A DNA stretch of 64,000 nt from an uncultured bacterium (lineage in GTDB: Bacteria > Oederibacteriota > PGYV01 > CAWJRG01), in the NCBI GenBank assembly GCA_963845185.1, contig CAWJRG010000005.1, forward strand, positions 160,001 through 224,000, read 5' to 3'. Numbering within the stretch: the stretch's first letter is position 1; each line of letters starts with the position of its first letter. Below are positions 1 through 10,300 of the stretch, piece after piece. Both the position numbers and the translations under genes were made by a program. The notes under the pieces are model-generated. The model did not search any database, had not been told where the DNA came from, and worked only from the letters and a program-made list of their open reading frames with translations.

Positions 1-15
1 TGCCGTTCTCTTCAT
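1..15 (-). CDS. 5' end of a gene running off the left edge (MKRTA...), probably the next gene of the SLH-porin operon
   Basis: ATG at 15-13 on the minus strand, preceded by AGGAGG at 27-22. Confidence 0.55.
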
Positions 16-39
16 AATAAACCTCCTTTTTCATTTATC

Positions 40-67
40 GTAGAGACACGCCATGGCGTGTCTCTAC
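40..67. repeat. Perfect 28-bp palindrome GTAGAGACACGCCATGGCGTGTCTCTAC, GTAG-type REP-like element
   Basis: Exact self-reverse-complement, intergenic, with the GTAG...CTAC ends typical of REPs associated with RAYT/TnpA-Y1 nucleases. Confidence 0.75.
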
Positions 68-85
68 CTTAATTGTCTTGCTATA

Positions 86-2341
86 CTAGAACTTAACTAC
101 TACTTTCGCGTCGACTTCCTGCACTCCGTAACTGTTCGCGCTGTCCGTATGGTCTGTGATTTTGCTGAGCGTATAGGACAATCCTAATGTGGCCGGTTTG
201 GCTATTTTATATTCTACGCCGGCGCCGTAACTCAGGATGTCCATATTGAAGTCATTCAGGACCATTGGGACTGTGACATTCTGGCTCGTAAAGCAGTTAT
301 AGTATATCTGGCCGCCGTAAGCCCCTGTACCCAAATCAAAATACTCATGCCCGCTGAAAGCTATGTTCCTGAGGCCTATCGAGAGTGTAATTTTTCTCAT
401 CATAACATAATTCAATCCCAAATCAAATATGTTTGACGTAAGCAGAACATTTGAGCTGTTGTCCGTCTCCTCATTTTTATAGCCTGTCAGCAGGGATAAA
501 TCGTCGCCCAAATTGATTTTCACTCCTCCTTCGGTAACCGCGAAATTCCTCGGCTGTTCCTGGTTGTTTACTATTATATCAGTAACTATTTCCGACAGCA
601 TCTGGTATTTCACGTAAGGCTGGATAAAATCATCGAGGTAATCGCCGCTTAATTTTATAGTAATACCCTGCCTGTTTGGCGTGGCGTCGCCGTAAGGGGT
701 CGAGTTATTTTCAAAGAAAGGATACGCCATCAGGTTTGAACCTATCGGGTTATAATTCGTGTATATCAGGTTGTTGTATCTTGTAAGCGGGTATATTTTT
801 CCTTTATTATCCTCGGTTGAGCCTCCGATTATGTAGGCGGCTTCAGGCATGGAAACGTTCCATGTATTGTTCTGCGTAAGGTAATACTGCCACGGGTTGT
901 TTATCTCGTCGTATATTCTCGACTGCGCTGCGTAAGCCGTGAAACTGTTGCCCACTTCCCTATAGCTTATATCAAGTTTCGTGCCGAAATAATCCGCTTC
1001 TATCCCTGCCTTAAGGGCGCTGTCTGTTAAATATGTATTCATCCAGACTTGCGCCGGGTTAAAATTTGCGTTTGCCAAGGGATTTGCAACGCAATAATTC
1101 GAAATTGCGTATTCGGCCTTAAGCTTTGCAATATTAAAAATATTTATCGAGCCGTCGGCCGATGTCACATAGTTATCGAGCGTCTGCGTGTTATAATCCG
1201 GACCTGTGTCCCTCGCGTCCTTGATTTCCACAAAATTCAGGCCTATGTTAAGCAAGTCCTTAAGTGTGCAGTCTGACGAAAGCCGCGCGGCTCCCATGTA
1301 CTGGTCGTGCGCGTATATATCGCCCGACGGCAGCACCCCACCCAGGTCCTCGCCAAACGGCAAATTGAGATATCCGCCGAAAAAGTTTTGCCCGAGCCTT
1401 GCGAACATTGCGTCAACTCCGACGTCAAGCGAACTAAAAAAATTGACTATTGTGCTGATTTTACCGCCTCCGACCGGCCACGAATTATCAATAAGATAAA
1501 GTTCTTTTTCGTTCATCGCCCTTTTATCGCTGAATATTTTTGCCTCAAAAGGCCTCTCGTCGTCCACTGCCCATATAGTAAAAGGCGTCAACTTTGCCTG
1601 GTAATCTCCCACTATGAACGATACCGGGTATTCGCCCTGTATAAAAAATCTCTTCAGGCCCACGATATCCTCCGAGCCCCAGAACCCGCCGAACATGTTC
1701 TCCATTCTGAAAGTCGCCTCAGAGTATAATTCCTTATTGGCGTGCAGGGAAAACATAAGGTCAATGTACTGGTTTATCGGCCTGTACCTGAGTGCGGCCA
1801 CGCTCGGCGTCGAGGTTGTGCCCAATGGTATTTTTTCAGCGTTCAAAAGCTGATTATCCAGGCCGTTTTTGCTGCCGAAAATCAGGGCGTCGGTCATGTA
1901 AGCCGCTGTTTCGCCGTTTATCCGCATGCCCATTGAGTTAAGCAGCTTGTCCTGCTTTGCCTCGAGCGCCTGCTTTTTTGCCTTAAGGTCGCCCAGCTCC
2001 TCTTCTATGGAGTCAAGCTTTTGCCCGACTGCCATCATGTCCGTCTGGTACGCCTTCACAAGGTTGTAAAGTTTGTCTATATATTCCTTGAGGCTTGCGT
2101 TTGACTCCGGGAATTTTTTCTCCTTTGCGGCAAGCATATTGTCGACGCCGTTGTTGATATAACCCACCATTTCTTCCCGCGTGAGCTGATCCTTATCCAG
2201 CGGCATCGTAATGACCTTCGCGTCCACCAGGGATTTTATGTCCTTATATGCCCAGTGGTCCTTGTCAATGACCTCGTCCGCGGCAAGTATAAAAACAGGC
2301 AAAAGCACAACCACCAAAGCGATAATAATTTTTTTCGACAT
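86..2341 (-). CDS. Outer-membrane beta-barrel protein with N-terminal SLH domain and coiled coil (OmpM-like architecture)
   Basis: Signal peptide; SLH motif DHWAYKDIKSLV...LTREEM; heptad region EELGDLKAKKQALEAKQDKL; amphipathic beta-strands; C-terminal Phe (VVVKF). Confidence 0.75.
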   Translation of the reverse strand: MSKKIIIALVVVLLPVFILAADEVIDKDHWAYKDIKSLVDAKVITMPLDKDQLTREEMVGYINNGVDNMLAAKEKKFPESNASLKEYIDKLYNLVKAYQTDMMAVGQKLDSIEEELGDLKAKKQALEAKQDKLLNSMGMRINGETAAYMTDALIFGSKNGLDNQLLNAEKIPLGTTSTPSVAALRYRPINQYIDLMFSLHANKELYSEATFRMENMFGGFWGSEDIVGLKRFFIQGEYPVSFIVGDYQAKLTPFTIWAVDDERPFEAKIFSDKRAMNEKELYLIDNSWPVGGGKISTIVNFFSSLDVGVDAMFARLGQNFFGGYLNLPFGEDLGGVLPSGDIYAHDQYMGAARLSSDCTLKDLLNIGLNFVEIKDARDTGPDYNTQTLDNYVTSADGSINIFNIAKLKAEYAISNYCVANPLANANFNPAQVWMNTYLTDSALKAGIEADYFGTKLDISYREVGNSFTAYAAQSRIYDEINNPWQYYLTQNNTWNVSMPEAAYIIGGSTEDNKGKIYPLTRYNNLIYTNYNPIGSNLMAYPFFENNSTPYGDATPNRQGITIKLSGDYLDDFIQPYVKYQMLSEIVTDIIVNNQEQPRNFAVTEGGVKINLGDDLSLLTGYKNEETDNSSNVLLTSNIFDLGLNYVMMRKITLSIGLRNIAFSGHEYFDLGTGAYGGQIYYNCFTSQNVTVPMVLNDFNMDILSYGAGVEYKIAKPATLGLSYTLSKITDHTDSANSYGVQEVDAKVVVKF

Positions 2342-2363
2342 TTAAATTACCTCCTGTATTATT

Positions 2364-4928
2364 TTAAAAAAAGTTTTTTAATTCCAGGTAAAGCTGCAGA
2401 CCGCTGAAATCATTCGCCGGCACTTCCCTGTCAAAATGCGCGAAATTTTTTACCCTCAAAAACACGGAAGTCCTCGGCGCAAAATCATAATCTATTCCCA
2501 CACCGTAAGCCTGGTCTGCGTAATCCAAGCCGTAATAGGGTCCATTCCAACTTAAGGCGGGGGTCGCTTGAGCTAAGTCCCACCTTTCCACATTGTTTGA
2601 AGTCCACCTTTCAAGGCCACCAAAAACCATTAAATTGATTTTTTTTGTAATATTATATACAAGGAACGACTGCACTATGCTCTGGCAAAAAATATTATTC
2701 GGGTCATAATCCACCATCAGATCTGCCCCGTTATAAAGTGTCGTTAGCTCCCCGTAAAGCTCAAAAAAAAGGTCATTTGGAATGCCTACAAGTTTGTTTA
2801 CAGCGTATCTTAATTCTGCCGAAGCGTTATTGTAATATTTCCTTGTCAGGGAGTCCGGATCAACGAGTTTCGTGACCATGTATTCCCTGTTTGTGAGCCA
2901 GGCATCCGTGACAAGCCCGCCCCTGCCTCCTGCGATTACACTGTTGACATTTGCTCCCGCACCGGAGGAATCAATACCATACCTGTTACCATTATACTCG
3001 TCATACCCGTAGTATGTGTCGTTATATCCCGGCGGTATCGCCGCTGCACCATAATTGCTGTAAAATTCGTGCCAGTATATGCCGCCGTTTAACCTGTTGC
3101 CCATGAGGAAATGCTCTCCATAAAACATGTTGCCTGTTTCCCTGATCTGCGCCGACGAGCCATAATTCAGAAGTAAAAAGCCGTTCGGCACGCTTATATT
3201 CGCGAATACATCAACCTTGTTCATATTATTATATAGTAAAGTCGGGTCTGCTGCGTATGTAATGCTGCTTATTTTCGGGGCAAAAGTCGGCGTCGTGTAA
3301 GTCCTGTAATTGGTGTCAATTACAGCAGCTGCTGTCGCCACATAGTCAGGGTCTATCCTTGTATATTTTATGGTTATTTTCACCTGTCTTGGCAAAAATG
3401 ACGGCGCAATTGACGCATACATCGCGTCTCCGACCTGCGTGAAAGCAGGCGGGTCTCCGTTTGGGAACACTGCATAAGAGTTGCCCGGCTCAGGTATCGG
3501 CAGCCTGCCGTTAAAATTGGATCTCTCAAACTCGCCTTTTATATCAAGGATATCAGTTATGCTCGTCTTCAAATCGCCTCCCATAATAGTTGCTGATTGT
3601 ATGTATCCATACGGCGTCGCAGGGAAACTGGAAGGGGCGTAAATCGGCAGACCATTATATACACCGGTATTTCCAACATTGATGTCCCCAGGCCCCGGAG
3701 CCATGGTCTGTACTTCACCCAGTTCGTTTGATGTGTTAAAAGCGTTCAATGATAATGCCGTGTTGCTGAGGAAAGGGAAATCCTGGAAGTGCGTGAACCT
3801 GCCGGCGAATTCATACAAATAGTGCTTGTCCCATCTCTCGTCGAATTTCTCCGCCTTGCCTCCCATGATTTTAAACTGGTCATTTCCGAAAAGGTTGAGG
3901 TTCACTATGTCAAGCCCGTAAAAACCGTGCTTTGACCATATATCCCCCCTTTTCTGGAACGAGTGCTCGAATATGTTTTCATAATGGCCCCTTGTGCTTT
4001 CTTCCGTGGTCGCGTAAACATCGCGGTCAAACGGCACAGGCCGCTCGGTCAGTATCTGTTTCATGACAAAAGGCGTCAGGTCTTCCCAGAAAAAACCGGT
4101 TGTTAACTGCCATTTATAAACGTTAAGGTTGATTGTATATGTGTCGAGAAACCTCGCGCCCGTGCCCCAGAACTCCGGCAAGGCAAAAGGTTTTGATGTG
4201 CCCTTTTCCTCCTCGTCACCCGGCTTTATAAAGTTAATATTCAACTTGAAATTGACGTCGTTCGAAATAAGCCCACCTGTCCACAGGGACATCATGGTGC
4301 CTCCAAGCGAGCCATGATTTATATCGCCGAGTGATGCACCATTGTTATGCTTGTCAGCTATGCCATAAGGACTGTAGTTATAGTTTGGCCCGTTGGATGA
4401 AATATCCTGCCATCTCGACTGCAGCATGCCCTGTATCTGGAAAGGCGGCATGCCGTGGAAAGTCGTCTTTTTATATTCCTGCTCTATATCATTAATTTCG
4501 TCGCTTAAGTCATTTATTGTTTGTTTATAGCTTGTAAGCTCAGGTGATTTTAATGCCGCCTCAAGCTTGTCTACGTCCTTATGCATCCCTGTAAGTTCGC
4601 TGTAAAACTTTGTTACGTATTTTTTAAGCATGTCAACATACGCGTAAATTTTGCCGCTGTCCATGCCTTCCTCAGGCGCTGCTACTTCTTCTGCCTGGGC
4701 AGTCACATTTGCCGCCGCTTCAACAATATACATGGCAGCCTCATATTTTGTAATAGCTCCGAACTTAAAATGGTCAGGGCTCACTGACTTTATAAGCCCG
4801 GAATTGGCCATGAAATACAGGTCTTGATAAATCTTGTCGTTTTGGGGGATTATTAACTGGTATTCGGATGCGATTGCCGCGGATGAGATTAGAGCAAACA
4901 TAACCATAAGGATAATATTTTTCTTCAT
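2364..4928 (-). CDS. Outer-membrane beta-barrel protein with degenerate SLH domain and coiled coil
   Basis: Signal peptide; KIYQDLYFMANSGLI...AITKYEAA SLH-like segment; coiled coil; C-terminal strand LYLELKNFF. Confidence 0.7.
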   Translation of the reverse strand: MKKNIILMVMFALISSAAIASEYQLIIPQNDKIYQDLYFMANSGLIKSVSPDHFKFGAITKYEAAMYIVEAAANVTAQAEEVAAPEEGMDSGKIYAYVDMLKKYVTKFYSELTGMHKDVDKLEAALKSPELTSYKQTINDLSDEINDIEQEYKKTTFHGMPPFQIQGMLQSRWQDISSNGPNYNYSPYGIADKHNNGASLGDINHGSLGGTMMSLWTGGLISNDVNFKLNINFIKPGDEEEKGTSKPFALPEFWGTGARFLDTYTINLNVYKWQLTTGFFWEDLTPFVMKQILTERPVPFDRDVYATTEESTRGHYENIFEHSFQKRGDIWSKHGFYGLDIVNLNLFGNDQFKIMGGKAEKFDERWDKHYLYEFAGRFTHFQDFPFLSNTALSLNAFNTSNELGEVQTMAPGPGDINVGNTGVYNGLPIYAPSSFPATPYGYIQSATIMGGDLKTSITDILDIKGEFERSNFNGRLPIPEPGNSYAVFPNGDPPAFTQVGDAMYASIAPSFLPRQVKITIKYTRIDPDYVATAAAVIDTNYRTYTTPTFAPKISSITYAADPTLLYNNMNKVDVFANISVPNGFLLLNYGSSAQIRETGNMFYGEHFLMGNRLNGGIYWHEFYSNYGAAAIPPGYNDTYYGYDEYNGNRYGIDSSGAGANVNSVIAGGRGGLVTDAWLTNREYMVTKLVDPDSLTRKYYNNASAELRYAVNKLVGIPNDLFFELYGELTTLYNGADLMVDYDPNNIFCQSIVQSFLVYNITKKINLMVFGGLERWTSNNVERWDLAQATPALSWNGPYYGLDYADQAYGVGIDYDFAPRTSVFLRVKNFAHFDREVPANDFSGLQLYLELKNFF

Positions 4929-4992
4929 CAGGACCTCTCCTTGGTGTTTGTTATTTTATTTTTGTTGCGATTTTCCCTAACTTATTAAAGCG

Positions 4993-5031
4993 AAAGTATT
5001 ATAGCAAACGACTTTCGTTTGTCAATACTTT
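4993..5031 (-). promoter_or_regulatory. Sigma70-type promoter of the SLH-barrel operon overlapped by an operator-like inverted repeat
   Basis: TTGACA (5025-5020), 16-nt spacer, TATAAT (5003-4998); IR CAAACGA-ctt-TCGTTTG flanked by AAAGTATT/AATACTTT. Confidence 0.65.
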
Positions 5032-5077
5032 TTTCCGGAAAAATTTAAAACAATTTTGTTGATAGGTTTTTCTTTAA

Positions 5078-7159
5078 CTATCGTAACAGCATAAATTCAT
5101 TTATATCGCAAACTGTTTCTATCCTGCCGTTTCTTTCGCGGTTTACAGTATAAAAATAGGTGCCGTTGCCTAAATCCTGCAAGTATTCTTTTACGTTTAT
5201 TTCCCTTGAGTTCCATCCCGCTTTAAAATCACCATTCCAGTAAAATTCACGGATTTTCCTAAAGGCAAAAGTATAAATATATATCCAGACTTTGCTCTCG
5301 TCCTCTTTGAGGTTGAATTTCACGGTCATATATGCGTCTTTGTTATAATTCACAGGGTTTGGGTAAACTGTTGTGTTTTTATTCGGTGGGCCCGGCGTGG
5401 GCGTTGGTGGGGGAATCGGCGTGGGAGTAGGAGGTATGGTGTTTGTCGCCGTAGGAATAAAATCCGGGGCTGCTGCCGCAAGCACAAAAACAAGCGGTGC
5501 CTCGTAGTTAATCGCGACTTCATTTGATGCCCACGAATCCTGCGAATCAATGTAACACTTGGCTGGTTTTGTGCCCTCATTTATAATAGTTTGAAGGGTC
5601 GGATCCCCTCCGCCCGAATTCGGCCCGCCTACAATTAATCCAGGGTATGGTGCTGTAATGCCGTCTGATGCGGATGCCCTGTGGTGCGGGTGCATAACGC
5701 AGTTTTCTCCTATCCCGGTAACATAACTTATGTCCATAGGGTTCCTTCCAAGCAAATAATGCGCGACTTCAATAGCCGCGCTCATATAGCCTGTATTGCC
5801 TGATACGTCCGCCTCGCATGCCAGTACAAGCGCTCTGTTTCCTGAAACTGCGTTCGACCCCCAATAAAATCCCCCAACCACTAAGGGATATTTATATCCG
5901 CTTGAATTTATATAATATACAACGCTGTCAGCGAAGTTCTTTAAATTTGTTTTTATCGCGTTTACTGTCGCAGTATCTTTTGCCGTCTGGGTGGTAAAAA
6001 TATATGAAAGCATACCCATCATCTGCACGTTGGGCCAACCCGGCTCGCTTATGCTGAAATTTGTATAATTGGACATCACGTAATTGTTGTACACTGCCCC
6101 GCCTGTCGTGGAAAAAAGTTCTGCTGCTGCCCATAAACGCTCGTCGGAATCGTTTGTATCGCCGTAGCCGCCTGTGCCGGTGTCTGGAGGGTTTGTGAAT
6201 CCGCCCGGCGGGACTATTGAAGGGTTGTTTGTTAAGTACTGCCACGCGCTTTCCGCTGCCGCAAGGCATTGCTGTGAAAAAGCCGCGTCATACGGCGCGT
6301 AAATCCTGGCTGCCATGGCCATTACTGCTGCGAAGTCGCCTGTGGCGCATGAAGATTCCTGGTATATGTAAAGCTGCGAATTATCCTGGTTCGGCATTTC
6401 AAAAGGAGCGAATTGCAGGCTTGTTTCCTTGAAATAAACCCCTCCGTCATTGGGATTCTGCATTTTTAAAAGCCAGCCAAGCTCCCATCTGATTTCATTA
6501 AGCACGTCGGGTGTGGAATTCCCGCTTTCAGGTATTAACGGAAGCTTATATAATGAAAGCTTTGAAGCGTACCTTTCATACATTAAAAGAAGTTCGCCTG
6601 CGGAAAAAGCGCCGTTTACCACGTATTTCCCGAAATCACCAGCGTCATGCCAACCGCCTGTTGCGCTTATAGTACCTGACTGGCCTGTGGACTGGTGAAA
6701 ATCCGCATCACTCAGATGGCATGCGGGATACCCCCATCCGCCGTCAGGGTCTGATACCGTTATGCCGCAGCGCTGTAAATAATAACTTTCCATTGTTTTA
6801 ATAAATGCGCCGTAAAAAATTGTGTCGTTCACGTTAAATTCGTATGACTGCCCCACGCCCGGGACATCAATATAGTAATATCCCTGTATTGTCAGGGATG
6901 AAAAATCAGCCGTATAGCAATTGTCACCTGCCGTAAGGTCATATATTGGCCCTGTCGCGCTGCCTGAAAAAACCGTGCTTTTATCCGAAACATTTCTTAC
7001 GTAAAATGACGTGCATGGTGTTGTTATAATCACGTATTTGTTGTCAGTTGCCCTGTAGCCAGCCATGTCGACTTTTATGCTGTTTGAGGCTGCATACGCA
7101 AAACCTGCTGATAAAAGAATAATGCTGCTCAGTAAAATTATTTTTCCGTAATTTTTCAC
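5078..7159 (-). CDS. Glycoside hydrolase family 9 (endoglucanase-like) with N-terminal Ig domain, Pro/Thr linker and T9SS-like CTD
   Basis: GGWHDAGDFGKY, HPHHR and DSWASNEVAINY GH9 motifs; signal peptide; PTPTP linker; VYPNP...GTYFY tail. Confidence 0.92.
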   Translation of the reverse strand: MKNYGKIILLSSIILLSAGFAYAASNSIKVDMAGYRATDNKYVIITTPCTSFYVRNVSDKSTVFSGSATGPIYDLTAGDNCYTADFSSLTIQGYYYIDVPGVGQSYEFNVNDTIFYGAFIKTMESYYLQRCGITVSDPDGGWGYPACHLSDADFHQSTGQSGTISATGGWHDAGDFGKYVVNGAFSAGELLLMYERYASKLSLYKLPLIPESGNSTPDVLNEIRWELGWLLKMQNPNDGGVYFKETSLQFAPFEMPNQDNSQLYIYQESSCATGDFAAVMAMAARIYAPYDAAFSQQCLAAAESAWQYLTNNPSIVPPGGFTNPPDTGTGGYGDTNDSDERLWAAAELFSTTGGAVYNNYVMSNYTNFSISEPGWPNVQMMGMLSYIFTTQTAKDTATVNAIKTNLKNFADSVVYYINSSGYKYPLVVGGFYWGSNAVSGNRALVLACEADVSGNTGYMSAAIEVAHYLLGRNPMDISYVTGIGENCVMHPHHRASASDGITAPYPGLIVGGPNSGGGDPTLQTIINEGTKPAKCYIDSQDSWASNEVAINYEAPLVFVLAAAAPDFIPTATNTIPPTPTPIPPPTPTPGPPNKNTTVYPNPVNYNKDAYMTVKFNLKEDESKVWIYIYTFAFRKIREFYWNGDFKAGWNSREINVKEYLQDLGNGTYFYTVNRERNGRIETVCDINEFMLLR

Positions 7160-7261
7160 TTGTTTCTCCTGTATTTTTAAAAAAGCGGGGTTAAAACTGT
7201 ATTTGATTAAAATATCGCAATTTTATTGATGTAAGATTATCGCTTAAAAGGTTTATATAAT

Positions 7262-7301
7262 AAAAGGCAGGAGCTGCATTTTCTGCTCGCTCCTGCCTTT
7301 T
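7262..7301. terminator. Intrinsic terminator after the first GH8 gene
   Basis: AAAAGGCAGGAGC ... GCTCCTGCCTTTT stem with A/T tails on both sides. Confidence 0.8.
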
Positions 7302-7316
7302 ATGCTTCTTGTAGTT

Positions 7317-10300
7317 TTATTTCAATATAATAATCTTGTCCACTTTAGATCTTACCGTCACTCCGCCTTTTTCCGCAATTACCACATAGTAATATGCTCC
7401 CTCGCTGAGGTTGTAAAGATCCTTAATGTCAAATGTCAAAGTCGCTACTCCATTTTCTACTGACGGTCCATCGAATTCTTTTTGCATTATCAGCCTGTAC
7501 GCAGTTGTATATATTTTCACTTTCATGCTGTCTATATTATCCGTTGTTACGTTAACTCGGATATTTAACGGCCACACTGTAGGATTAATCGGGTTCGGAT
7601 ACGGCAGTACCGTCCCTACTGTAAGGACACCTGTAGGCACAGCTATCGGCGTCATTGTCGCTGTTGATAACGCAGGGGTCGGTGTCTTGGTAGCTGACGA
7701 ACATGAGCATGCGTTACTCATTGCCGATGCACTTGTCACTGTCACTCCATCAACCGAGTCCGTACCGCTTACCGTCGCGTTGAATGTTACGGTGCCTGTC
7801 GTAGATGACACTGTATATACCCACGTAAACGACGCTTGTGCATTTTTCGCCATTGTCGCATTTGCAGGGCTTGGCCCGCTTACCAGCGTAGCTGAACCGC
7901 CGCCGCCGGACGTCAATACCAGCGATGACGGCGCTACGTTATTTGCTGTGTTCGCTCCTGTGTTCTGAACCTGCATAACTATTGTTATATTCTGGCCGTT
8001 TACAGCGCTTGATGGCGATATTGTTAAACTGTTTATCACAAGGTTTATAGCCACTGTAGGTGTGGCTGTAAGCGTATTTGTAATCGCCGGCGTTACTGTC
8101 ACTGTCGCTGTAGCGCATGTGAACAGGTTGCTCGCCGCTGATGCGACTATCTCAGTCACTCCGTCAACCGCGTCTGTGCCGCTTACTGTCCCGTTAAATG
8201 TTATATTGTTGGCTATAACAACCGCATATACCCAAGTGAATGAGTCTGATGAATTCCCGTTTATTGTCGCATTTGCAGGGCTTGGCCCGCTTACCAGCGT
8301 GGCTGCTCCTCCGCCGGATTGCGATAACACTGACGGCGCCACATTATCCGCTGTGTTCGCGCCTGTATTTGCAACAAGCATCACTACCGTTATGTACTGC
8401 CCGGTTGCAGCGCTTCCCGGCGATACAGTCAAACTTGCCGCAAGGTTTATGGCTATTGTCGGCGTTATTGTCGGAGTGTTTGTCATTGTCGAACCAGGCG
8501 GCACTGTCATTGTAATGGTATAAGTCGGCGTTGCTGTTATTGTCGGTGTTGCTGTCTGTGTCCCTGTTGATGTTGACGTGCTTGTCAATGTCGGCGGAAC
8601 CGTCGTATTCGTGCCTGTCGCGCTGGGTGTTACTGTATATGTTGCTGTGTTTACTACCTGCGTTGTAACTGTCACTGTCGGAACATTGCAGTATATTTCA
8701 AAGTTGTCTATCCATAGAGTTACGCTTGCCTGCGGCGCTGCTGTCGTCTGGAATTGCACCTCTTTCGCGTTTTGCAATACTGTGTTCAGCGGCTCTGCTG
8801 TTCCCCATCCTGCCTGTTTAAACGACGTGAATGGTATTGTTATAAGCGTCCATCCTGCCGGCGCTGTAAACGTATATGCGTAACTATCGTACCCGTCAAG
8901 CTCGGTACCGCTTGAGTTCGTGTACGGTATCTTTATTTCATATGTTGCTCCGTCTCCCTTTGTTTCAAACCTTATCCCTATTGCTCCGCTTATGTCGGTT
9001 GTCTGATATGTCGGCGAACCTGCTTTCCCATTCAACTGCGTCCCCATGCCTATGTACCCGCCTGCTGCCGCTACAGACCCGGTCATAAGCGCTGCGCAGT
9101 CCGCTCCAGTGCTAAACCCGGGCGAACTCATTACAAACGGACCTGATGCTGTCGAAGGCCATACTGTAGATGCTGCGTCGTTATATGTGTACCAGTATCC
9201 GCCCCACGCGTTCTGATTACTGCAACTTGCCATTGTATCCAACTGGCATACGGGTTGAGGTGTATTTGTCGCTGTCGGCCCTGGCGGCGGCGTATTCGTC
9301 GCTGTTGCTCCGCAGCCGTATATCTCAAAGTTATCTACCCATAAATCTACGCTCGCCAGAGGCGCTGCCGTTGTCTGGAACTGCACCTCTTTTGCGTTTT
9401 GCAAAACTGTAAGCAGTGCAACTGCTGTTCCCCATCCTGCCTGTTTCAACGATGAGAACGGCACTGTTACCAAAGTCCAGCCTGCTGGCGCTGTAAACGT
9501 ATACGCGTAACTGTCGTACCCGTCAAGCTCGGTACCGCTTGAGTTCGTGTACGGTATCTTTATTTCATATGTTGCTCCGTCTCCCTTTACATAAAACCTT
9601 ATACCTATTGCTCCGCTTAAATCTGTCACCTGGTATGTCGGCGACCCTGCGTTCGCGTTCAGCTGCATTCCCATGCCTATCTGTCCGCCTGCATCCACTG
9701 TACCTGTCAGCTGTGCAGCGCAGTCCGTGCCATTGTCATACCCGGGCGAACTCATTACAAAAGCTCCTGCTCCTGACGGCCATACTGTAGATCCTGCGTC
9801 GTTATATGTGTACCAGTATCCGCCCCATGCGTCCTGATTACTGCAATTTGCTATTTTATCAACCTGGCAAAGGGAAGATGGCACTGTTGGTGTGAATGTC
9901 GCTGTCGGTGCAGTCGGCAAAGTTGGTGTATATGTAGGTGTCGCGCATGTGAAAGCATTGCTGGCGGCCGATGTACTTGTCATAACAACTCCGTCACCCG
10001 CGTCTGTGCCGCTTGCCGTCCCGTTGAATGTTATATTACTGCATATTACAATATTATATACCCATGTGAATGATGCTGACGCATTTGAGCCTATTGTCGC
10101 GCTTGCAGGGCTTGGCCCGCTTACCAGCGTGGCCGCTCCTCCGCCGGATTGCGACAATGCTGACGGCGCTACGTTATTAGCCGTGCCTGTGCCTGTGTTT
10201 TGCACCTGCATCACTACCGTTATATCCTGACCTGTTCCAACGCTTGCAGGCGATACTGTTATATTTGCCACAAGGTCTATCGCTATTGTCGGGGTTGCTG

